Made by a program: the position numbers and the translations under genes
Notes under the pieces: generated by a model
The model's input: only the letters and a program-made list of their open reading frames with translations
Told to the model about the DNA's origin: nothing
Database searches by the model: none
Assembly (NCBI GenBank): GCA_963783375.1
Contig: CAWANH010000028.1
Location: forward strand, 1,664,001 to 1,728,000
Reading direction: 5' to 3'
DNA from: Candidatus Eiseniibacteriota bacterium
GTDB lineage: Bacteria; Eisenbacteria; RBG-16-71-46; JABDJR01
Length of the DNA: 64,000 nt
Shown here: positions 1-7,312 of the stretch, piece by piece
Position numbering within the stretch: position 1 is the first letter of the stretch
Layout of the letters: every line of letters starts with the position of its first letter

Positions 1-44
1 GCCATGAGGGTTTTACCCGCACGCCGCTTGAGTCCCTGTGCCAT
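1..44 (-). CDS. 5' end of a gene running off the left edge (MAQGLKRRAGKTLMA...), product unknown
   Basis: ATG at 44 preceded by AAGGGGGA (SD-like) and a sigma70-like promoter at 138-166; frame is open to the edge. Confidence 0.35.
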   Translation of the reverse strand, partial: MAQGLKRRAGKTLM

Positions 45-137
45 GAAAGGGTTCCCCCTTCACGTCCCTCGGGAACGCCGAATGGAAGTGAGCAGTTCGC
101 ATCCACACCGCAGTTGGGTGCCACCGGTTACGGTGAG

Positions 138-166
138 AAAATATATCGAAAACATGGATATGTCAA
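138..166 (-). promoter_or_regulatory. sigma70-type promoter TTGACA-N17-TATTTT
   Basis: Perfect -35, 17-nt spacer, AT-rich island; same -10 hexamer as the predicted mraZ promoter. Confidence 0.5.
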
Positions 167-379
167 TTCTGTTTTCAACGGGACCCCCTTCGCCCGCTAA
201 GTGAATGTTGTCCATTTGGTTGTAATATGTATCGTGGCAAGGAATTGGACATCCTGCCGCGCGGTATGGGAACTCCCGGGGCGGAAGAGCGTGGCTAGTT
301 GCCGATGGGCCCCTCGGCCGTGTCTCGCCGATCGGAAGGTGAACCAAAGTCCGGTGATTGTCGGACCGGGACTGAGAGT

Positions 380-715
380 TCAGTTCGCCCGAAGAAGCGA
401 TACAAGGATGAGCGAGAAGAACGACGCAAGAGAGCTCCCAGTCCGCGTCGTCCACCGGTCAGGCTGACTGTCTCCGGCCTGACCACCTTGGCTTGTGGTC
501 ACATGTTCTGCCCCAGCAGGCTGCAACGCTCTGCGAGTTTGGGGTTGACCCCACCAATCAGGCTTGCTCCCCCACGCCTCGTGCGTAGTACTCGAGGTGA
601 CGTGGGCTGGTTTGGCGATCAACACATCCGGCAGGGCCGCCAACGCGACGAAGAGGACAACGGCCAATAAGAGTGAAGTGGGGTGCGCCGGTCGATGAGC
701 ATCTCGGCGAATCAT
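380..715 (-). CDS. small secreted/membrane protein (111 aa), unknown function
   Basis: AAAGGAG SD 6 nt before ATG; N-terminal hydrophobic segment LLLAVVLFVALAAL; hydrophobic C-terminal tail SFFSLILVSLLR. Confidence 0.55.
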   Translation of the reverse strand: MIRRDAHRPAHPTSLLLAVVLFVALAALPDVLIAKPAHVTSSTTHEAWGSKPDWWGQPQTRRALQPAGAEHVTTSQGGQAGDSQPDRWTTRTGSSLASFFSLILVSLLRAN

Positions 716-900
716 GGGGTGCTCCTTTCACTGGCCCGTGCCCGCTTTCCCAAGAGCGGCGATCCGGGCCAAATCCTGGCCGGGTCGACAAGGTAGGGTC
801 GTCTTCAATCGCGACTATAAAGTAGATTGCCGGGAAGAAAGTACCCAAAACAGTCGGTTTTCGTGGGTTTCAGGATAGGAAGTGCCTATTTCATGGTTTG

Positions 901-933
901 GATGTTCGCAATAAAGTCTTTATTGCGAACATC
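901..933. repeat. perfect AT-rich inverted repeat GATGTTCGCAATAAAG-T-CTTTATTGCGAACATC
   Basis: 16-bp arms are exact reverse complements around a 1-nt centre. Confidence 0.9.
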
Positions 934-957
934 AAGATCCGATCGGTCCGGGGTGAA

Positions 958-2466
958 CTAGGGTCGATAGGTGAGTGTGGCTTCGGCATACGTCCCCCCG
1001 AACCACCCCGACACCGCGATGGGAGGCCCCGGTCTGACGACCTTCGGCTTCTCGACGTGGTCGTTGGCATAGACGAACTGGTGAAGCCCCAGGTCGATCC
1101 CGACGCCGCGGCACGCGAGCGACCCACCCACCGACACCGCCCCCAGCGATACCCGCCGCGTGGCCAGGTGGGTGACCACCCGGTCCGTCTTCCCGAAGAC
1201 CACCTTGGTCCAGGAGTCCACCGTGGCGTTGGGGTGGATCTCGTACCAGCTCAACCCCGCCGACAGACTCCCGCGCGTCCGCAACCTCTCGTATCCCACG
1301 TGGTAGCGCTGCATGCGCCCGTCGGCCGAGACCTGGGCGATCTTGGAGCCGTTGATCCACGCTTCCTGCCATGAGAGAAACGGCCAGCTCTCGACCTTGG
1401 CCCGGCCGAAGGCGTCGCCCTCGGTGTGGGCGAAGTCCACGAGCAGCCGGCTGGCGCCTTGGACCGGGATCTGCACGGCCCCCGACCAGGTGGTGAGGTT
1501 CGCCTCGCCATAGTTGAACAGGAGGTAGCGCTCGCCCGACAGGTATCCCTGGGCGCTCCCCCGCGCGCGGAGATGCGTGTAGCGAGCCAGGACCCTGCGC
1601 CCGTCCGCACGGCCGGCCCCGATCTCGTGCTCCCGAAACGCCCCCGAGCCGTCGGGGAGGAACGCGTACCCGGATGAGCCGCTCAACCCCCGGTCGGGCT
1701 CCACGGTGGTCTCGTGGACCCGGGACTCCACCGCCACGGTCCGCCAGATCCGGATCCGGGCCCCGTAGTTCAGCTCCCGCGCCCGGAGGTTGAGCGGGGA
1801 GTCCACCAGCTCGGACTCGACCCGGGCCGCCACCCCCGGCGAGCAGGTCGAGAGCGACCGGTGCGCCTCGACCCGGATCCGGTCCCGAAACCGGTACCGG
1901 AGCCCGTACCGGACCGGCGTCTCCGTGAACTCACACGAGGCGCCGCCCAGGGGGGCCTCGGCCTGGAGGTCCAGACCGGGGAGGAGGCCGGTGAGCCGGG
2001 CCAGTCCCCGGTACGCGGTCCCGTTGTCCTCGGCGTCCACCCGGCTCTGACTGGTCCGGAGCGCGTGGTGGGCGGTTCCCCACGTTCCGGCGAGCTGCAC
2101 CTGGAGCCGCCGGCCCCGGGCCGTCCAGCCGTCCTGGGCCACCAGCTCCACCACCGTCCGGTCCAGGAGCATCTTGTTCCGGGTGAGCCGGCGGGTGATG
2201 GGGGAGGAGCTTCCCTGGCGGAGCGAGACCGCCCGGTCGCGGTCGAGGAGCGGCCGGCGCCACCACCCGGCCTGGCCCTCCAGACGGGAGAGAAACGGAT
2301 CGCCCCCCAGGGCCAGGTCGGGCCGGCTCCCGAGCTGCAACAGCTCCAGCGGGTAGTCGGCGGGAAGGGCGGCGCGGGCGACCGCCGGCGCCGCGGCCAG
2401 GGCCAACGCCACCAGCAGCAGCCGGGCGGGAAGCTTCGTGCTCCCCGCCCGGAACCGTTCTCGCAG
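958..2466 (-). CDS. probable outer-membrane beta-barrel protein (start uncertain; an out-of-frame ATG at 2474 may reflect an indel)
   Basis: Signal-peptide-like LLLVALALAAAPAVARA, amphipathic beta-strand pattern, C-terminal TYAEATLTYRP resembling a beta-signal. Confidence 0.65.
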   Translation of the reverse strand: MRERFRAGSTKLPARLLLVALALAAAPAVARAALPADYPLELLQLGSRPDLALGGDPFLSRLEGQAGWWRRPLLDRDRAVSLRQGSSSPITRRLTRNKMLLDRTVVELVAQDGWTARGRRLQVQLAGTWGTAHHALRTSQSRVDAEDNGTAYRGLARLTGLLPGLDLQAEAPLGGASCEFTETPVRYGLRYRFRDRIRVEAHRSLSTCSPGVAARVESELVDSPLNLRARELNYGARIRIWRTVAVESRVHETTVEPDRGLSGSSGYAFLPDGSGAFREHEIGAGRADGRRVLARYTHLRARGSAQGYLSGERYLLFNYGEANLTTWSGAVQIPVQGASRLLVDFAHTEGDAFGRAKVESWPFLSWQEAWINGSKIAQVSADGRMQRYHVGYERLRTRGSLSAGLSWYEIHPNATVDSWTKVVFGKTDRVVTHLATRRVSLGAVSVGGSLACRGVGIDLGLHQFVYANDHVEKPKVVRPGPPIAVSGWFGGTYAEATLTYRP

Positions 2467-2495
2467 GGCCTCATCCCTAGCCCGTCCGCGAAGCA

Positions 2496-5006
2496 CTACG
2501 GAGCGCTTCGGTGTGCCGGCTTCGTCGCGGGAGGCGCGAACTCCACGCCGTTGGTCCAGTCCAGGCGCAGGGCTTTGTTCCAGCCGTCGGTTTCGATCCC
2601 GAAGAGCTGTGCGAGCTGGTCCACGTTCTGGATTCCCGGGAACAGGCCGTTCACGGTCGCGCTCGGGAACTGGCCCGCCCACTGGGCGTAGGTGTTCGCG
2701 CTGAACGTGAGGACCGGGATATCGACCATCCGATCCGCGATCTCGTAGCCCTCGGAGTAATCGACCGTGATCGATTGGGTCCCCTCTGCAAAGTTACCGC
2801 TGTAGGTCACGTAGACGTCGAGGTATCCGGACCAGTTGGGTATGGCCTGGATCGCCGAGATTCTCTGGTCTGCGAGGCTTTGGAGCGTGCTCGTGAGCCA
2901 GGCTGGCCCCGAGCAGTAGGAGTAATCCTCTCTGCCGTTGTAGTAGTACACGCTGCAGTTCGCGCTGTAGGAGCCGGCGGAGGGAGCCGTGACGGCCCCG
3001 GTGAGGGTGCCGTCGTGGTAGAAGTAGCTCTCGTCGTAAGGAACCGTCTCCAGGGAGACCGTGTACGGCGGCACCATCTTCTTCCAGTCCTGGACCGGGG
3101 TGCCGAAGAACGCGGCCAGGTTGATGGTGAGGGGCGCGTCCGGGGTGGACGAGTTCCCGTCCCAGTCCTCGGTCCGCGTCACCGGCCCCAGGAAGGCGGC
3201 CCGGATGTCGGGCAGGTCGTTGTTCTGGAAGTCCTCCAGGTCGGAGCGGTTGAGACCGTCGGGGCCGATCTTGATGAGGTCGTGGGTCTGGGCCGTGCCT
3301 CCCGGCTCGGCCAGGAGCGAGGTGATGGCGGCGTCCACGTCGTCGGCGGCGGCCACCAGCTCGGAGGGGACGCTCTGCATGTAGCTCTGCCCACCGCTCC
3401 GGAGCTTCCCCAGGCTTCCCGAGTTCTGGTTCAGTCCCGCCGTCACGCTTGATCCGTCGTAGGCCGGGAGATCCGCATCGTAAGCCATGGCCGCATAGCA
3501 GCCGGCCCGGAGCCCGTGGAGCGCGGCCCGGAGAGCCAGGAAGTCGGTCCGGTCCGCGGTCACCGGGTCCTCGTACTCGTCCCCCTGCATCCGGGGGGAG
3601 ATGGTGAACTCGAAGGTCGGGGCGGCGAGCACCTTCTCCAGGTGGTCCAGCCCCGAGGCCGCGAGCGGCAGGACCTTGTTCTTGAGAATGTTCTGGGTCC
3701 GCGAGATCTCCGGCACACCGGCCTGCGGCTCCATGGCCGCCAGGAAGAGGTTCCTCTGGATGAGCGCCAGGGGAAGCGCCAGCGCCCCGCTTCCGGCGGG
3801 GAGGCTGGGGGTGACCCGCGCGAGGCCCTTCGACGCCCCGTGCTCGAACGGGAGGTAGTCGCTCAGGTAGCTGTCCCACTCGTCGAAGGCGGCGTTCACC
3901 TCGTCGTCGGCGAAGAGCGCGGCCAGGTCCAGGATGGCCAGGGCCAGGTTGGCCTCGGGGTCGTCGGGCTCGCACGTGAGAACCTGAGCGTAGAAGTCCC
4001 GGGGCTCGGTCAGATCGATATCGGCCGGTCGCTGCACATACAAGTCGTTGAGGAGGGGGTAGAGCTGGTCCTCCAGCGACGCGTAGGCCCGGGCCCGGAG
4101 CAGATCCAGGTTGCCGCACCCACCGCCGCCGGGAAACAGGGTGGGATCATCCGGGATCCGGGACGGATCCAGACCGGGTACGTTCGCGGAGGCGTAGGTC
4201 TTGGTCGCCGCGGCCAGGGGTTTCACGCCCTCCGTGTCGATCCCCGGGAAGCCCTCGTCGGTTCCCCCCGGAACTGCACGCCGGAGGGCGTTGCCCTGCG
4301 CGTCTCTTCCGTCCAGGATCCCGTCCGAAAAGTCGTCGGCCAGGAGCACGATGATCTGCCCCATGCCGGATTCCGTGACCGCCGCGGCGAGTAGGGCGTC
4401 GTCGTGGACCAGGGTGGAGATCCCCCCCAGGAACGCGGCGTAGCGCTTTTCTCCGTCCGTCGCCCCGTCGCCGGTTGCCGGGATCGTCCGCGTGGCGTCG
4501 AAGCCCAGGGCGAGCAGCATCTCCGCGGTGACGTCGTCCCAGGCCTCCCGGACCCCGGTTCCGGTGGCGATCCGCGCCCGGGCCGCGCCGTCGAGCGCCT
4601 GGGTGAAGGGGGAGACGACCACGAAAGGCGTGCCGGACCGGAGATCAAGCCGTCCGGTGAGCTGGTCCTCCCCCCCGAAGGACTCGGCGTGTCCGGTGGC
4701 TTCGTCGGTATAGGCGCCCCCGGTCGAGACCACCAGGAGATCGTCACCCTGGTTGGTCGGGACGCTCACCGTCCAGGTTCCGTCCGAGGCGGTGTTGACC
4801 GGGCCGGCGGCCCGGGCGCCCGGGCGCCCGTTGGTGTTGATGGCGAAGACGGAGACGATGGCTCCGCTCACCGGAGCCTTGGTGACCAGGCCGGAGACCT
4901 GTTTGGAGGCAGGCCCGGTGGGCCCGTTGTCGCCGCCACATCCGAGCGCGAGGGAGAGTGCGAGGATCCCTCCGGCACAAACGAGAATCAGCGAGAGTCT
5001 TCTCAT
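2496..5006 (-). CDS. large surface lipoprotein (836 aa), unknown function
   Basis: GAGGAGG SD; lipobox LALGC followed by a GGDNGPTGP linker; strong GC3 bias. Confidence 0.8.
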   Translation of the reverse strand: MRRLSLILVCAGGILALSLALGCGGDNGPTGPASKQVSGLVTKAPVSGAIVSVFAINTNGRPGARAAGPVNTASDGTWTVSVPTNQGDDLLVVSTGGAYTDEATGHAESFGGEDQLTGRLDLRSGTPFVVVSPFTQALDGAARARIATGTGVREAWDDVTAEMLLALGFDATRTIPATGDGATDGEKRYAAFLGGISTLVHDDALLAAAVTESGMGQIIVLLADDFSDGILDGRDAQGNALRRAVPGGTDEGFPGIDTEGVKPLAAATKTYASANVPGLDPSRIPDDPTLFPGGGGCGNLDLLRARAYASLEDQLYPLLNDLYVQRPADIDLTEPRDFYAQVLTCEPDDPEANLALAILDLAALFADDEVNAAFDEWDSYLSDYLPFEHGASKGLARVTPSLPAGSGALALPLALIQRNLFLAAMEPQAGVPEISRTQNILKNKVLPLAASGLDHLEKVLAAPTFEFTISPRMQGDEYEDPVTADRTDFLALRAALHGLRAGCYAAMAYDADLPAYDGSSVTAGLNQNSGSLGKLRSGGQSYMQSVPSELVAAADDVDAAITSLLAEPGGTAQTHDLIKIGPDGLNRSDLEDFQNNDLPDIRAAFLGPVTRTEDWDGNSSTPDAPLTINLAAFFGTPVQDWKKMVPPYTVSLETVPYDESYFYHDGTLTGAVTAPSAGSYSANCSVYYYNGREDYSYCSGPAWLTSTLQSLADQRISAIQAIPNWSGYLDVYVTYSGNFAEGTQSITVDYSEGYEIADRMVDIPVLTFSANTYAQWAGQFPSATVNGLFPGIQNVDQLAQLFGIETDGWNKALRLDWTNGVEFAPPATKPAHRSAP

Positions 5007-5447
5007 GCTATGGCCTCCTCATCCCCGTTAGATTGAGTGCCTTGCGCCATCCGCGCCCCGGAGGGGTGGAGGCGACCCGGGCGGTACCTTAACACAAGAA
5101 GTTCGCTCTTGATTTCAATTTCGGGCGTGGCGAGCCAGGTTTGGCGGGGGGGGGCAGGGGGGTTGGTCTCCGGAGAGTTCACCCGGGTGAATTCTGGCTG
5201 GGGGAGGGGGGGTGCCGGCGGCCGGGGACTCGCGCCGGCCGGCAGGAACGCCGCGCCCCCCGGGGAGAACGGGCCTGTGGATGGCTCCTTTCCCAACCGG
5301 TGCGCCGGGCTATCCGGATTATCCGGCCTTCGAACTGTTGGCCGTGCAGATTCCGATATCCTGAGCCCGCGGGTTCTTGAGGAAGATTCGAGGCGGACCG
5401 AAGGTCAACCGAAAGCAATGCGGGGAGGGTTTGGGCGTGTGCAAATC

Positions 5448-5518
5448 GGATAACGACTATCCTAGCCCGGTCCGATAGGCTAATTGCTTGACCCGACCTG
5501 GATGCAATTTTGTTAGGT
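5448..5518 (+). mobile_element. attC-like integron recombination site (or attI-like), degenerate
   Basis: R'' GGATAAC ... R' GTTAGGT; inner arms ATCCTAG/CTGGAT with one extra base; an upstream ORF stops inside R''. Confidence 0.45.
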
Positions 5519-5559
5519 GGACAGCGGGAGTGAGATCGAATGAGGCCGGTGAGGTTCAG

Positions 5560-6051
5560 TTGAAGGGCGTACGAGTTGCGATTCGAATGATGAAGAGTAC
5601 CGAAGCCCACGACTGCGAAGCGATCCTCCGTTCTCTCCCGGATTGGTTTGGGATAGAGGCGGCAATCGTTTCGTATCGTCGGGACATCGAGTCAATGGAC
5701 ACCTACGTGGCGGAAGCCGCGGGACAGCTCGTCGGATTCATCACGGTGCGCATCCACAATGAGTACTCAGCGGAGATCCAGGTGATGGCGGTGTCCGCGG
5801 CTCATCACAGGAAGGGCATTGGCCGCGAGCTCGTGGTCCATGCAGAGCAAGTTCTTCGCGCGCAATCGGTGGAGTATCTTCAGGTCAAGACTTTGGGGCC
5901 CTCGCGGCCGAGCGAGCACTATCAGCGCACACGGGAATTCTATGCTGACGTCGGCTTCCGCCCCTTGGAGGAGAACCAGCTTTGGGGAGAGGTCAACCCC
6001 TGTCTCATGATGGTCAAGCATCTCGGAGGCGATTTGGGACAGGCCGATTGA
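5560..6051 (+). CDS. GNAT family N-acetyltransferase (gene cassette)
   Basis: LRSLPDWFG N-terminal motif; acetyl-CoA motif A MAVSAAHHRKGIGRELV; REFYADVGF; TTG start after GAGGT; lower GC. Confidence 0.88.
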   Translation: MKGVRVAIRMMKSTEAHDCEAILRSLPDWFGIEAAIVSYRRDIESMDTYVAEAAGQLVGFITVRIHNEYSAEIQVMAVSAAHHRKGIGRELVVHAEQVLRAQSVEYLQVKTLGPSRPSEHYQRTREFYADVGFRPLEENQLWGEVNPCLMMVKHLGGDLGQAD

Positions 6052-6148
6052 CAAGCCACTGCAGCCGGCAAAGTTGCCCTGTGACGCTCGCTGCTTGCGC
6101 AGCCAGCGCGCCAGGCCGCCTTTAAAGCTGAGCGGTAGCGCGTTAGCT
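6046..6148 (+). mobile_element. integron attC site
   Basis: R''-like GATTGAC overlaps the GNAT stop; 5-nt spacer; L'' ACTGCAGC; imperfect central palindrome around GCTGC-TTGC-GCAGC; L' GCTGAGC; R' GTTAGCT. Confidence 0.7.
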
Positions 6149-6236
6149 TGCAGGTTGTCCCGGGCACTATGCCCCCAGGGTTGGCTCCAGCATCTGCATG
6201 GGCCCACAGTCACTAGAACAAACCAAGGAGATGGTG

Positions 6237-6473
6237 ATGAAAACCATGACCTGCGCGCAACTAGGGGGCGCCTGTGAGAAGGAGTTCCATGCCGCGACGT
6301 TCGAAGAAATGGCGGAGTTGAGCAAGCAACACGGAATGGAAATGCATCGGAAGCAGGAACCAGCGCACCTGGAAGCGATGCAGGAAATGCAGGGGTTGAT
6401 GAAGGACCCGGAAGCGATGAAGCGGTGGTTTGAGTCAAAGCGCCAGGAGTTCGATGGGCTACCCGAACAGTAA
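6237..6473 (+). CDS. DUF1059-like small metal-binding protein (gene cassette)
   Basis: MKTMTCAQLGGAC...HG...H...H pattern; AAGGAG SD; lies between attC-like sites. Confidence 0.75.
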   Translation: MKTMTCAQLGGACEKEFHAATFEEMAELSKQHGMEMHRKQEPAHLEAMQEMQGLMKDPEAMKRWFESKRQEFDGLPEQ

Positions 6474-6501
6474 AGGCAAGGTGTTCTGATCGACCTCCGG
6501 C

Positions 6502-6601
6502 GCCCAGCATGAAGTTGAAGGGGACGTGGCAACCCGTGGCAATAGTTGCTTGCGCAACTTGTCCGCCGGAACGTCCACGCCGCAAAGACTTGGCGTCAGA
6601 G
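6502..6601 (+). mobile_element. degenerate attC-like site
   Basis: GCCCAGC ... GTCAGAG ends, each one change from RYYYAAC/GTTRRRY; GGACGT/ACGTCC arms; central GTTGC-TTGC-GCAAC like the previous attC. Confidence 0.4.
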
Positions 6602-6687
6602 CGGGGGGCCTCCGCGAGTAAGCGCCGCTGGCCCGGACGCATCGGCCCACGGTGGAGCTAGGCGATGACCTGGAAGCTCTGGGTACG

Positions 6688-6720
6688 AAAAAGAGCCCCG
6701 ACCTGCGGGCCGGGGCTCTT
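6688..6720 (-). terminator. rho-independent terminator for a minus-strand transcript
   Basis: AAGAGCCCCGGCC-CGCA-GGUCGGGGCUCUUUUU; the G-U pair and U5 tail work only on the minus strand. Confidence 0.8.
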
Positions 6721-6780
6721 CGTCTGGACCAAGGAGGGCGCCGCTTCCATACTCTGTCGGCGATCACCCTGTCTGCTCTA
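6688..6780 (-). ncRNA. candidate small regulatory RNA (~93 nt)
   Basis: Bounded by a sigma28-like promoter and a terminator; no SD-led ORF; carries a stem-loop with AUGGA and a CCCUCCUU tract. Confidence 0.5.
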
Positions 6781-6785
6781 CTCCG

Positions 6786-6814
6786 TTATCGGTGGGAGGC
6801 CGGCTCGATTAAAG
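6786..6814 (-). promoter_or_regulatory. sigma28 (FliA/SigD/WhiG)-type promoter TTAA-N15-ACCGATAA
   Basis: Matches consensus TAAA-N15-GCCGATAA with exact spacing. Confidence 0.55.
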
Positions 6815-7312
6815 AAAAAATGCGGAACGGTCGCCCGGGCGACACATGACCCTCCGGTGGAAACAGCCGCCGTCTTGACGCCGCGGGCAGTCGGCGACAG
6901 CACGCCGGCAACCCGGAGGGAGGCCCCGGCCGCCGGTTGCTGTACCCGGGTAACAGACCACGCGACAAGAGGATAAGGGGCGGCCGGCGTGCGGGCGGGC
7001 CGGTTCGGGATCCGAACCGCCCAGGGACAGACACCGGATCTCGAGAGTGTTCAATTCTCCGACGGGTAAGCGGTAGATTTCCCGGCACCTTTCCCCGTCG
7101 ACGATGCCCTCGCAATTGATTAGAATGCGGCCAGCATTTTGGGGGTTTCTGTTCTATCTCCGAGGAGGGCCAACGTCAGTGGGGGTGCCCGTAAGGCGCG
7201 GGATCGGACCGGCCGGCAGGGGCCGGACGAAGCGTTGCGACGCCGGGTATACCGCCACCCTCCCTGCTCCCTTCTCGCCCTCGACCCTCTCCTCCCAGCG
7301 AAGGAGTCCACG

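Noticed and set aside
5141-5215. Poly-G tracts (G9, G6, G7) upstream of the lipoprotein gene: phase variation or G-quadruplex
   Set aside because: Not placed within an identifiable promoter spacer; G runs are common here and lengths are unreliable given the indel errors
5037-5447. Possible intI remnant next to the cassette array
   Set aside because: No tyrosine recombinase motifs in the translated ORFs covering this region
6650-6670. CGGTGGAGCTAGGCG resembles the reverse complement of a tmRNA/tRNA 3' end (possible att site)
   Set aside because: Match is too short; no T-arm (TCGAA) follows
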